Shown here: in pieces, positions 16,999 through 26,601 of the stretch
Numbering within the stretch: the stretch's first letter is position 1
Layout of the letters: every line of letters starts with the position of its first letter
Source: Pseudohongiellaceae bacterium
GTDB taxonomy: Bacteria > Pseudomonadota > Gammaproteobacteria > Pseudomonadales > Pseudohongiellaceae
Length of the DNA: 64,000 nucleotides
NCBI GenBank assembly: GCA_965661495.1
Contig: CBFIDY010000003.1
Coordinates: forward strand, 38,619 to 102,618
Direction: 5' to 3'
Position numbers and translations under genes: made by a program
The notes under the pieces: model-generated
Database searches by the model: none
What the model was told of the DNA's origin: nothing
What the model saw: the letters and a program-made list of their open reading frames with translations, nothing else

Positions 16999-19767
16999 TT
17001 AGAAGTCTACGCGAACTCGTGCGTAGTAGAACGCGCCCTCGGTACCCCAAGGTGTGCTGCCCGCGTACAGGCTGCCGTCACCAATAGTGCCGTCGAGGTT
17101 TTGCTGGTTAATCGCCGCATCTTGGTCGAACGCGTTGTTCGCGCCAACTACGAAGGTGTAGTTGTCGTTCCAAGTGTAGGCTGCTTCGAGGTCAACCACG
17201 TTTTCGCCACTGAAGCAGTTATCAGTGTTGAAGCCACAGTTAATCGTGTAGCCAAGGCCATCCGCTCCGCGTGGAGTTGTGTCGCCGCTCCAGTTTGAAT
17301 CGATCCAGTCGTCATACGTGCGTAGACGAGCAAGGAGACGGAAGTCATTGATGAAGTGGTTGTAGGTGAAGACGCCACGGTTTTGCGGGTTCTGGTTTTC
17401 CAGACCTACAACACGGTTACGGTTCACTTCCTGACCTGCGTTATCTACTTCAGTCTCTGTCCAGTTCCATGCGGCGTTTAGTGAGCCGTTACCCATGTTA
17501 CCGAAGTCGAGGTTCCACGTAGCGACCAAGTCGATACCCTGTGTAGTGGTAGCGAAGTCGTTAGTGTAGAACGAGACCGAGCTCAGATCTGCCGCGCCTG
17601 GTACGCCCGCTTCCTGCAAGCAGAGAGCGAGGTTTCGGCCAGCTGCTAGTGCGTCTGGGCAGCCTACACCCGCGATCGCATTGCGGCTTGAGATGTCAAT
17701 CGTACCCGTTGCTGCGATACGGTTTTCAAGCTCGATGTTGAAGTAGTCAACAGTGACGTTGATGTCGCTAGTGACATCCCACACTGCGCCAAATGAGTAG
17801 TTCTTGGATTCTTCGGGCTTGAGAGCCTGAGCGCCAAGAGCGCCTGCGATTGGGTTAGTGGGTGGGATCTGACCGCGCTGCTGCAGTTCGCCGTCAACAG
17901 TAATTGTTGAAAGCTTAGTGACGTTCTCCTGACCAGGGGTCGGGGCGCGGAAGCCAGTGTTGTATGAGGCACGAAGCGCAAGCGCGTCGTTCACTCGGTA
18001 ACGGCCAGACACTTTGAAGTTAGTCGTGTCGCCGAAGCTCTCGAAGTCTTCGTAGCGAACCGCAACACCTGCAGTGAACGAGTCAGTAACATCAGCTTCT
18101 AGGTCGGTGTAGAACGCATAGTTCGAACGACCCCAGAGGCCGGCTTGCTCTGGGCTGAAGCCCGCGAAGCCGTGTGCGCCGATGCTAAGGTTAGGCAGAG
18201 GCGTAACGCCATCGCTGTAAGTATTAGAACCGTCTACGTTCTGGAACGCAAAGCGTCCAGCGTTCCATGAGTTCTTCTCGCCAACGATAGTTTCAAAACG
18301 CTCATCGCGCCACTCACCACCGAAAGCGATGTTGAGGTCAGAAGCGAAGGCATCAACCGGCATGGTGTAGTTCATGTCGAGGTTGAAGTTAGTCTCTGAC
18401 TGCACGTTGGTGCCGAGATCGAAGTTGCGCTGCAGCTCGCCATTAACAAACCCGTCAGGACCGTTTGAAGGGTTCCACGTGTTGTTGATGAGGAAGCTAA
18501 CCGCGTTACGGCCGTAGCTCGCGCTAACGTCGTAGCTGAGGTTAGATGTCAGATCGCCGCGGAAGCCACCGACAATGCTCGCATCTTTCAGCTGCGCACC
18601 GAACTGAGGCGTGTAGCCACCAGGAGTAGCCTGGTTCATCACCCAGCAGTTGTCGGGCAGGTTAGCCAGTGCAAGCGCATCGGCCGCTACTGCTGCTTGG
18701 TCAAGTGGAACACCGTTGCCACCGGAACCAGGGCTTGTTAGAGCTGGACAGTTTGAGGTCACGCCCGTTGCACGGTTGCGGATGTTTGTGTCTACCACGG
18801 CGCGAATGTTGCCGTTAGTGTACACACCGCCACGCGAGTTGGGGTTTCTGTAGTAGAAGCCGCCAAGCGTTTCGCGCGCACCGTAGTTACCGAATGCGTA
18901 AACCTCGAGGTCGTCACTCACTTGAATGCCTGAGTTGAAGAACAGGTTGTAGTTATCAATCTGTTCTGGCGCACCCCAGACTTGAGCAGGATTCTCCACG
19001 CTCGCTTGCTGCGCTGCGTTGCCGTTGGCGATCAGGTTAGCCGCATCGGTTCGCTGAAGCGTTCGGCTAGTCGGATCCTGTTCCATCCAAGAGCCTGTCA
19101 GGTTTAGGAAGCCATTGTCGCCCAGTGGCAGGCCGATATTGCCTTGCACCTGAGTTAGGCCGCCGTCACCTTCGCCGGTTTCGCCTGTGCGCACTTCGAG
19201 TGACATGCCTTCCGCCGAATCGTTCAGCTGGAAGCCGATTACACCGGCAATCGCGTCAGAGCCGTAGAGTGCTGCTGCGCCATCACGTAGGACTTCAACC
19301 TGCTTGATAGCCATTGAAGGGATCGCGCTGATGTCCGCACCCTGTGAGCCAGAGGACAGAGCGCCGCCTAGTTCAGCGATAACGCCCGAACGGTGACGAC
19401 GCTTGCCGTTTACGAGGATAAGTACGTTATCAGGCGGGAGTCCGCGAAGGTTTGCAGGACGCACGATTGTCGCTGCGTCTGAAATTTCGTTTCGAGCGAC
19501 GTTGTAAGAAGGAATGGCCGTCTTCAACATGTCGTCCATGTCGGCGAAACCCATGTTTACAAATTCGTCACCGCTAATCACGTCGACAGGAACTGATGAA
19601 TCTGTTGCACTGCGCTGTGGGCGTCGTGAACCGATCGATACAATTTCTTCAACCATTTGGTCGGCTTGTTGCGCTAGCGCCAGCGGTGCGAAACCGGCAG
19701 GTGCGAGCAAACCAAGCGCGATGGCCGTAGGGAGAACCCTGCGAGCCGTCTTAGGTCTGTTTATCAT
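16999..19767 (-). CDS. TonB-dependent outer-membrane receptor
   Basis: 922 aa with a signal peptide and plug domain (VEEIVSIGSRR...DVISGDEF, LRGLPPDNVLILVNGKRR). Long beta-barrel ending in the C-terminal F (YYARVRVDF). Confidence 0.93.
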   Translation of the reverse strand: MINRPKTARRVLPTAIALGLLAPAGFAPLALAQQADQMVEEIVSIGSRRPQRSATDSSVPVDVISGDEFVNMGFADMDDMLKTAIPSYNVARNEISDAATIVRPANLRGLPPDNVLILVNGKRRHRSGVIAELGGALSSGSQGADISAIPSMAIKQVEVLRDGAAALYGSDAIAGVIGFQLNDSAEGMSLEVRTGETGEGDGGLTQVQGNIGLPLGDNGFLNLTGSWMEQDPTSRTLQRTDAANLIANGNAAQQASVENPAQVWGAPEQIDNYNLFFNSGIQVSDDLEVYAFGNYGARETLGGFYYRNPNSRGGVYTNGNIRAVVDTNIRNRATGVTSNCPALTSPGSGGNGVPLDQAAVAADALALANLPDNCWVMNQATPGGYTPQFGAQLKDASIVGGFRGDLTSNLSYDVSASYGRNAVSFLINNTWNPSNGPDGFVNGELQRNFDLGTNVQSETNFNLDMNYTMPVDAFASDLNIAFGGEWRDERFETIVGEKNSWNAGRFAFQNVDGSNTYSDGVTPLPNLSIGAHGFAGFSPEQAGLWGRSNYAFYTDLEADVTDSFTAGVAVRYEDFESFGDTTNFKVSGRYRVNDALALRASYNTGFRAPTPGQENVTKLSTITVDGELQQRGQIPPTNPIAGALGAQALKPEESKNYSFGAVWDVTSDINVTVDYFNIELENRIAATGTIDISSRNAIAGVGCPDALAAGRNLALCLQEAGVPGAADLSSVSFYTNDFATTTQGIDLVATWNLDFGNMGNGSLNAAWNWTETEVDNAGQEVNRNRVVGLENQNPQNRGVFTYNHFINDFRLLARLRTYDDWIDSNWSGDTTPRGADGLGYTINCGFNTDNCFSGENVVDLEAAYTWNDNYTFVVGANNAFDQDAAINQQNLDGTIGDGSLYAGSTPWGTEGAFYYARVRVDF

Positions 19768-19884
19768 TTACTTTCCCCTTGTAGAGTAAGCTGTTGTGTT
19801 TGTCTGCGAGCAGACTTTGAGTTAACTCAGCTACAGAAATACACCACAGCAAAGCTTTCAATAGCCGTTACCTGCGTAATATCC

Positions 19885-19896
19885 CTTTAAGCGATA
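19885..19896. repeat. 12-bp motif CTTTAAGCGATA, copy 1 (118 bp upstream of the TBDR start)
   Basis: Exact 12-mer repeated at 20178-20189 within the same 462-bp divergent intergenic region. Confidence 0.8.
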
Positions 19897-20177
19897 GGGA
19901 GAATAAGTCGGTGGGCAAGAAAAGTCCAATAATGGCGTAAATATGACGGACCAATCCGCCCCTTTTTGGTGCATGTTCTGTCCTCTAAGCTCAAAGTCCT
20001 TTGTTGGTTGATTTTATTGGTTAATTTAGTTTTTTTAGGACGCCTTGTAACGCATAGAGGTGTTTCACAGCACATGCAGACCCGAGAGGCTTGCGCATAC
20101 ACTCATTCCAAAAGCCTTTCTTCGTTGAGCCAGATCAAAAGGACTGATTTAATGCGATCAGTTTTGGTGATCACTTG

Positions 20178-20189
20178 CTTTAAGCGATA
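20178..20189. repeat. 12-bp motif CTTTAAGCGATA, copy 2 (about 40 bp upstream of the NosR-like start)
   Basis: Exact copy of 19885-19896. Confidence 0.8.
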
Positions 20190-20229
20190 TTGCCAATCAA
20201 CAAAAAAAACAATTAAGTGGGACTGATAG

Positions 20230-22242
20230 ATGGCAGTTTTCATCATCGCTGTGTGGCGCTTTTTTTTACGTATTTTCTTTCCGCCTCTTGGCCTGGCGGC
20301 GCTTTGCCTAAGCCTAGTACCCTTTCTTCATGCTCAAGAATTAGCCTTTGACGCACTCGCTCGTGTCGCTCCTCAAGCATCCACTTTTTCTGAAAAAAGA
20401 GGTCAGCCTCCGGTATACACGGCCTATGGTAAAGCTCCACAGGAGGGTGGAGCAGCTCCGGTGGTTGGTTACGTATTCGAGACCCGAGATTTCGAGCCGC
20501 AAGAGGTAGGCTACAGTGCGCCAATCGAATCGCTTGTTGGAATTGACACAGAAGGCGAGCTTACCGGTTTAGAGATCCTCTATTACCGTGAATCCTACAA
20601 AAGTATTCGCGGTGATTTTCTCAATACCGAACGATTCCCCAATCAGTTCGAAGGCAAAAGCGTCGCCGAGGGGTTCCGCGTTGGCCGCGATGTCGATGGT
20701 GTTTCCCGCGCCACCATTAGCAGTTGGGCTGTAGCCCGCGGCGTGCGCAATGCGGCGAGGGAGGTCGCACAGGCGTATTTGAGCGAAGCCGCTATTTTTG
20801 CCAATGCCAGTGCCGAAGCCCAGGCTCTGTCGATAATTGCTCCCCTATCGTGGAGCGAACTCATTGAGCTTGGGCTGGTAAAGCCTTGGGCAGTGGCGCT
20901 GCCGGATGGTTCTCAGCTCGAGCTTACGCTGGCTTTTTTAGCCAACGAGGGGCTCGGCGAAATCCTCGTTGGCGCCGACGATTTTTCTCGCGCAGAGCGT
21001 GAGGCGAGTAATCGAGTGCGCTCCGGCAGTTTGCTCATGGTGGGGATTGGCGGTGATGCCTCCGAGCCGTTTAGGCAGGAAAACCTTGCACTGCAGCAGG
21101 GTGATTGGACCTACCAGCTTGAGCGCAGGCGTTTTGTGTACGTCGGCAGCGCTGAAGAAGGCAAGAGCCGCGACAAGATGCGATTTGCCGGTGCCATTGT
21201 CTTGCCGCCGCAGGTAGAGCTCAACAAGCCGTTTACTCTTTTCTATGACACCGGGGTGCAGGTGGACCGCATTGAGGATCTGGCGCAAACCGAAGTGCAA
21301 ATGCACCCCCTAGCTTTGGCCTTGGCCAATGGCTCAGCGATACCAACGGAATTCATGCCGCAGTTACAGGATGAATACGCCGACCTCGAGAGCGATAGTG
21401 TCTTGCAAGCGCTTCTCGGCAGTGCCCCGTGGTGGGAATCTCTGACGCTTTTGGGCTTGCTTGTGCTGGCTTTTACGGCATTTCTGCGCAAAAGCGCAAC
21501 GCTCCGCTGGGCTGCGCTGAGCGTCACCTTCGTTTATCTCGGCTTCGTCAACGGCACTTTCCTCTCTGTGTCACATATTACAAATCTCATTAAGCAAGGG
21601 CCGGGACTGTTTCTGACAGACTTGCCGCTGCTCATGCTGGCTGTCTTTACCGTTGTCACGACTTTGTTTTGGGGCCGCGTATTCTGCTCTTCTCTGTGTC
21701 CGTTTGGTGCGCTACAGGATCTGATAACACGCTTAGTGCCCAAGCGCTGGCGCAAAGAGCTGCCGCGCAGGCTTCACGAAGCTGCCCTGTGGCTGAAATA
21801 CGCGGTGCTTGCGGGTCTTATTTTCACCGCCGCTGCCTACGCCGAACTCAGCGTATTTCAGTATTTCGAGCCCTTCGGCACGCTGTTTTATCAAAGCCAG
21901 TCATTGCTGCTGTGGTCTATTCTCGCCCTGTTCTTGGCAGGAAGTCTGATTGTTCCGCGCTTTTACTGCCGCTATGCCTGTCCTCTCGGCGCCTCGTTGG
22001 GCGTGGTGAGTCTCCTATCACCGTTCAAAATTAAGCGGGTTCCGCAGTGCGAGGTATGCAAGGTCTGTGAGGGCGCTTGCCCAACAGGCGCAATAAAGCG
22101 CGAGGCGATCGACTTTAAGGAGTGTGTCCGCTGCGATCTCTGCGAGATCAAGCTGCTGGAGCAAGCGGGGGTTTGCAAACACAGCGTAGAAGCGGTTCAG
22201 TCGAGGCACAAAACCTGGATTCCCGTTACGCTAGTCGAATAA
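20230..22242 (+). CDS. NosR/NirI-family membrane flavo-iron-sulfur protein (periplasmic FMN-binding domain, TM core, C-terminal 2x[4Fe-4S] ferredoxin)
   Basis: 670 aa. The FMN_bind-like segment includes GVSRATISSWAVARGV. TM-embedded motifs are CSSLCPFG and CRYACPLG. The C-terminus carries CEVCKVCEGACP and CVRCDLCE. Confidence 0.8.
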   Translation: MAVFIIAVWRFFLRIFFPPLGLAALCLSLVPFLHAQELAFDALARVAPQASTFSEKRGQPPVYTAYGKAPQEGGAAPVVGYVFETRDFEPQEVGYSAPIESLVGIDTEGELTGLEILYYRESYKSIRGDFLNTERFPNQFEGKSVAEGFRVGRDVDGVSRATISSWAVARGVRNAAREVAQAYLSEAAIFANASAEAQALSIIAPLSWSELIELGLVKPWAVALPDGSQLELTLAFLANEGLGEILVGADDFSRAEREASNRVRSGSLLMVGIGGDASEPFRQENLALQQGDWTYQLERRRFVYVGSAEEGKSRDKMRFAGAIVLPPQVELNKPFTLFYDTGVQVDRIEDLAQTEVQMHPLALALANGSAIPTEFMPQLQDEYADLESDSVLQALLGSAPWWESLTLLGLLVLAFTAFLRKSATLRWAALSVTFVYLGFVNGTFLSVSHITNLIKQGPGLFLTDLPLLMLAVFTVVTTLFWGRVFCSSLCPFGALQDLITRLVPKRWRKELPRRLHEAALWLKYAVLAGLIFTAAAYAELSVFQYFEPFGTLFYQSQSLLLWSILALFLAGSLIVPRFYCRYACPLGASLGVVSLLSPFKIKRVPQCEVCKVCEGACPTGAIKREAIDFKECVRCDLCEIKLLEQAGVCKHSVEAVQSRHKTWIPVTLVE

Positions 22243-22372
22243 TCGTAAAAACAGATGAGTCGAATTGATTTAAACTATTTTGTCGATCTATGCAGTCTCG
22301 TTATACTTTTTTAGCGTAGTAAGGGCGTCGTGGAAAATACGACGAACGAAATCAATGAGTAGGAGTTAAATA

Positions 22373-22915
22373 ATGGAATATAAGCAAGCAGAAGTTAACG
22401 ATTCGGTCCCTCAGGTAGTGTTCAAAACCCGAGTGCGCGACGAGTCAGTGGGTGGCGACAATCCCTTCGTCTGGAAAGACGTAAGCACTGACGATATTTT
22501 CAAAGGCCGCAAGATCGCTGTGCTCTCACTGCCGGGCGCGTTTACACCCACTTGCAGCAGCACGCACCTGCCGGGCTATGAAAGCAAGATCGAAGAGCTT
22601 CGAGGTCTTGGTATCGATGACGTGTACTGCTTGAGCGTTAACGACACTTTTTCTATGTTCCAGTGGGCGAAGAACCTTGGCGTTAAAGAAGTGAAGATGC
22701 TGCCTGACGGCAATGGCGAATTCACTCGCAAGATGGGTATGCTAGTTAAGAAAGAGAACCTTGGTTTTGGTGATCGCTCATGGCGCTATTCTATGGTCGT
22801 TGAGGATGGTGTGATTAAGCTACTCAACGTCGAGGCAGGTAAAGAAGACAACTGCGCGACGGACCCGTTTGAGTGCAGCGATGTCGACACGCTGATCGCT
22901 CAGCTCAAGGCGTAA
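22373..22915 (+). CDS. Peroxiredoxin, Prx5/type V (glutathione/glutaredoxin-dependent type)
   Basis: The peroxidatic-Cys motif LPGAFTPTCSSTHLPGY is present. 180 aa. Confidence 0.9.
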   Translation: MEYKQAEVNDSVPQVVFKTRVRDESVGGDNPFVWKDVSTDDIFKGRKIAVLSLPGAFTPTCSSTHLPGYESKIEELRGLGIDDVYCLSVNDTFSMFQWAKNLGVKEVKMLPDGNGEFTRKMGMLVKKENLGFGDRSWRYSMVVEDGVIKLLNVEAGKEDNCATDPFECSDVDTLIAQLKA

Positions 22916-22951
22916 GCCGCGTCACTCGGCAGCTATCGAGACGCTGGCAGT

Positions 22952-24565
22952 CTACAGAGTCTCGATAGCCGCTAGCTGCGCCTCGGCGTAGTCCAAAATC
23001 GCCTGACGCTCGGCGTCACTCTGCTTGTCCCAGCCGCGAAACAGCATGGCAATACGGGGGTTCTTAGCGAGGCGGTCGCGATGTTGAATCATGAAGCGCC
23101 AGTACAGGCTGTTCATCGGACAGGCGCCCTTACCAGTCTTGCGCTTCACGTCGTAGTGACAATTTGAACAGTAATCACTCATTTTGCTCACGTAGTTGCC
23201 ACTGGCCGAGTACGGCTTACTAGCGATAAGCCCACCGTCGGCAAATTGCGACATACCCCGTGTATTCGGCATTTCTACCCACTCAATCGCGTCGATATAA
23301 ATACTTAGATACCACTCGTCGACCTCGGTCGGGTCTATACCCGCGATCAAGCAAAAATTTCCGGTGATCATCAAGCGCTGAATATGATGAGCGTAGCTGT
23401 ATTCCAGCGACTGGCCGATTGCCTCGCGCATGCAGCGCATTGACGTGTCGCCGCTCCAGAAAAATCCGGGAAGCTTATTGGTCGCCTCTAAGGCATTCTT
23501 TTTTTCATAACCGGGCATGTTTGCCCAGTACATGCCGCGCATATATTCGCGCCAGCCTAGGATTTGGCGGACGAAACCTTCCACCTGAGCCAAGTCGATC
23601 TCATCAGACCTCGCATCCAAGGCAGCCACCGCCGCTTCGATTACCTCCGCCGGCGATAGGATTTTGACGTTCAGTGCGAAACTGACTCGAGCATGATAGA
23701 GACTCCAACGATGCGGCGACTGCGAGGTCATTGCGTCTTGAAAGCTGCCAAACTTAGGCAGGCACTCAGCGCAGAAAAAGTGCAGCTGTTGCAGCACCTG
23801 TTCACGGGTAATCGGCCAAACGAGCTGCTCCGCTGCTTGGCCGATGGTGCGCACTCCGTGGCGTTCTAGTCTGGCCAAGATAGTGCCCATCTCATTGCTG
23901 AATATCAGCGGCGCTGGCAGTGCTTCGATGTCGGCCTTTTTTAATTTTTTTCGATTCTCAGCGTCGAAGTTCCAGCGCTCTCCACGGGGTTGATCACCAA
24001 CCATAAGCACGTTGTGGCGTTTGCGCATCTTGCGGTAGAAATTTTCCATACGTACCGCTTTGTCGGGCTTGAAGAACGCGGGGATTTCCTCGAAGGGTAG
24101 AAGAAAATGCTCCGATTCAACACGCTTGATAGCGCAGTCAGTAGGAAGTTTTAGTGCCGCCATCTGTTCAAGCAGGCGTAATTCATCCGGGCGCTGATAG
24201 GTAAAGTGAGACACGGCGTTGCGTTGCACAAGCTCAGCAATGAGTGCGGGCAGGGAGGCGTAGTCCGCCGTCGCATCTAAATCGAGATACACAACGACAT
24301 GGCCTTCGGCCGCTCTTGCGTCGGCGAAATTGCGCATGGCGGCGAAAAACGCGCAGACCTTTTGCACATGATGAGGAACGTAGTCTGTTTCCTGTCGCAG
24401 CTCAGCGATCACATAGGCCACAGTGGGGTCGATTTCGCTAAACCAGCTGTGAGAGGCATCTAACTGATCGCCAAGCACCCAGCGCAGCTGTGAGATGCCA
24501 GCGGGGAGATCAAAGGTGTTGAGTAGCAAATCAGTGGTCATGGGGCTAGCCTGTCCTTGTGGCAT
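22952..24565 (-). CDS. Cryptochrome/photolyase-family protein of the Fe-S type (FeS-BCP; PhrB/CryB-like (6-4) photolyase class)
   Basis: 537 aa. The C-terminal DYCSNCHYDVKRKTGKGACP gives C-x2-C-x12-C, and an upstream Cys (MRCMREA) completes the four-Cys [4Fe-4S] pattern remembered for PhrB/CryB. Confidence 0.85.
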   Translation of the reverse strand: MPQGQASPMTTDLLLNTFDLPAGISQLRWVLGDQLDASHSWFSEIDPTVAYVIAELRQETDYVPHHVQKVCAFFAAMRNFADARAAEGHVVVYLDLDATADYASLPALIAELVQRNAVSHFTYQRPDELRLLEQMAALKLPTDCAIKRVESEHFLLPFEEIPAFFKPDKAVRMENFYRKMRKRHNVLMVGDQPRGERWNFDAENRKKLKKADIEALPAPLIFSNEMGTILARLERHGVRTIGQAAEQLVWPITREQVLQQLHFFCAECLPKFGSFQDAMTSQSPHRWSLYHARVSFALNVKILSPAEVIEAAVAALDARSDEIDLAQVEGFVRQILGWREYMRGMYWANMPGYEKKNALEATNKLPGFFWSGDTSMRCMREAIGQSLEYSYAHHIQRLMITGNFCLIAGIDPTEVDEWYLSIYIDAIEWVEMPNTRGMSQFADGGLIASKPYSASGNYVSKMSDYCSNCHYDVKRKTGKGACPMNSLYWRFMIQHRDRLAKNPRIAMLFRGWDKQSDAERQAILDYAEAQLAAIETL

Positions 24566-24709
24566 AATCAGGTCTCTAGTAACGATCGTGCCTTGTGCTT
24601 AGACCATGAGACAATAGTAGCGACGGTGCACGTCTTTGCGATCATGCGATTAATAGTGTGCCGGGTTACGCGCTGTCATCGCGCCACGGCGACAATTTAG
24701 GGGTTTTAC

Positions 24710-25171
24710 ATGCGGCTAAATACTTCAGCAGCCACAATTTCTACGCTAGGCTACGCCGGACTAATCCCCTTCATCGTCGCCTGCGGTTTCGCCGTTATAG
24801 GCTTAGACGCATTCGCTTCAAGGCTGTTCTTTTCCTACAGCGCCATCATCCTCAGTTTCCTCGGCGGCTCCCTGTGGGGGCGTATCATTAGCCGTCAGCA
24901 GGCGCAGTCGACCACCGTGCTCACAGCGCTAATTGCTAGCAATGTCTTTGCTCTTGCTGCGTTTGCAGCGCTTCTATTGATCAGTGTTGGGCCTTTGCTC
25001 CCTCTCGTTTTGTTAACCGCAGGGTTTGTGGCTGTGCTGATTGCAGAGCAGATGGTGAGCGGCGTTTTAGCGCCGGTCTCTGCAGAAGTGCATCCGCGCT
25101 ATGCTACTCTGCGCGCGGCGCTAAGCGCTGCGGTGCTGTTGCTACACGGGGTATTTTACTTCCTGGTTTGA
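24710..25171 (+). CDS. DUF3429 membrane protein
   Basis: LGYAGLIPFIV and SAIILSFLGGSLWG motifs with four TM helices. Confidence 0.7.
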   Translation: MRLNTSAATISTLGYAGLIPFIVACGFAVIGLDAFASRLFFSYSAIILSFLGGSLWGRIISRQQAQSTTVLTALIASNVFALAAFAALLLISVGPLLPLVLLTAGFVAVLIAEQMVSGVLAPVSAEVHPRYATLRAALSAAVLLLHGVFYFLV

Positions 25172-25279
25172 GGATGATCTTCGGTCTCGCGCTGGTCTGT
25201 TTACGGGCTGCGCACCGTATTAAAGGCTGTAAGAAGATGCCACCAGAAGTGGCGGGCTGAAACCGATCAGGAACTCACA

Positions 25280-25702
25280 ATGTCGAATTACCCACTAACG
25301 CTGTTTTACGATAGCTACTGTCCGATTTGCAGCGCCGAAATGAAGGAACTTGAATCGCTGGACGCGCTCAAGCGCCTGCGTTTTGAGGATATTCACGCAG
25401 AAGATTTTAGCGAGCGTTATCCAAATATTGACCCCATCGCTGCCGACCGCAAGATGCACGGCCTCTATGCCGATGGTTCTCTGATTCTCGGCCTCGATGT
25501 GGCACACCAATCCTGGCGCGCCGTGGGCAAGAAGAAGTGGCTCATGCTGCTGCGCCTACCTGTTGTGCGCTGGTTTAGCGATATCGGCTACTGGGTTTTC
25601 GCGCGCTACCGTTACGATATTTCTTATCTGCTAACCGGGCAGCGTCGCTGTGAGCCCTGTTCTAAGCAGGCTTGCAGTCCTCGCGAGGCGCTCAAGCCTT
25701 GA
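25280..25702 (+). CDS. Thiol-disulfide oxidoreductase, DCC family (DUF393)
   Basis: N-terminal LFYDSYCPICSAEM (DxxCxxC) motif. 140 aa. Confidence 0.8.
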   Translation: MSNYPLTLFYDSYCPICSAEMKELESLDALKRLRFEDIHAEDFSERYPNIDPIAADRKMHGLYADGSLILGLDVAHQSWRAVGKKKWLMLLRLPVVRWFSDIGYWVFARYRYDISYLLTGQRRCEPCSKQACSPREALKP

Positions 25703-26499
25703 GCCGGACCCCGACCGACCTAAACGCTGTTCTGATCATTGGTGCAAGCAGCGGAATAGCCAAGGCGCTAATCGAAGAGGTGCTCGCTGATGATTCGACT
25801 ACCAGGGTTATCGCAATCAGTCGCGGTCGTCCAGAAGGGGAGCTAGCCGAAAATTTTGATAGCTCAGGCAGGGGAGCATGGCTGAGCTGTGACTACACAG
25901 AAAACTCGATGCTCGCGGTTGTTGAGCAGGTGCAGGATCGCTTGGACGCTTGGGGCGCTGCGCTGACAAAAATAACGATCTGCAACGGACGCCTGCACAG
26001 CGAGGAATTTTCCCCAGAAAAGCGCATCGAGGAACTCAACAGTGCCACCTTGCACGCTGTATTCGATAGCAATGCGGTGGTTCCTGCGCTCTGGCTCAAG
26101 GCACTGAAGCCCTTGCTGCGGGTACAATTTCGCGGCGAATTAAAAAACCGCGTGCCGCTGCCCATTGCGGTTCTCAGCGCTCGCATCGGCAGTATTGCCG
26201 ACAACGGTAAGGGCGGCTGGTATGCCTATCGCGCCTCCAAAGCGGCGCTTAATATGCTTTTGAAAACCAGCGCTATCGAATATCAGCGCAGCCTGCCCGG
26301 ACTGCGCTTCATTGCCTTTCATCCCGGCACTACAGACACGCCCTTGAGCGAGCCGTTTCAGCGCGCAGTGCCGGAGGGCAAACTCTTCACGCCTCAGTAC
26401 GTCGCACAGTGTCTGCTAAAGTGTCTTAACGAAGCGGCGGCAGAAACACACGCTGAGGCGCGCTTTGTCGCCTATGACGGCAGTTCTATTCCTTGGTAA
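25672..26499 (+). CDS. SDR-family oxidoreductase
   Basis: Rossmann motif IIGASSGIAKAL and catalytic YRASKAAL. The start is ambiguous: ATG 25672 overlaps the previous gene by 31 nt, and TTG 25699 is an alternative. Confidence 0.8.
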   Translation: MQSSRGAQALSRTPTDLNAVLIIGASSGIAKALIEEVLADDSTTRVIAISRGRPEGELAENFDSSGRGAWLSCDYTENSMLAVVEQVQDRLDAWGAALTKITICNGRLHSEEFSPEKRIEELNSATLHAVFDSNAVVPALWLKALKPLLRVQFRGELKNRVPLPIAVLSARIGSIADNGKGGWYAYRASKAALNMLLKTSAIEYQRSLPGLRFIAFHPGTTDTPLSEPFQRAVPEGKLFTPQYVAQCLLKCLNEAAAETHAEARFVAYDGSSIPW

Positions 26500-26536
26500 G
26501 AGAGCGTTTTGGCTCTTTCAAGGGATACCAAGCTAT

Positions 26537-26565
26537 AAAAAAAGGAGGCTTAGCCTCCTTTTTTT
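26537..26565. terminator. Bidirectional rho-independent terminator
   Basis: A7, then GGAGGC-TTA-GCCTCC, then T7, between the convergent SDR and esterase genes. Confidence 0.8.
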
Positions 26566-26601
26566 GGTTTGAAATGCCTGCTTAAAAGCTTATGTCGAAG
26601 T

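Noticed and set aside
19768-20229. Fur box or cobalamin riboswitch upstream of the TonB-dependent receptor.
   Set aside because: Only weak partial matches to the Fur consensus exist (for example GCCATTATTGG on the coding strand), and there is no B12-box-like element.
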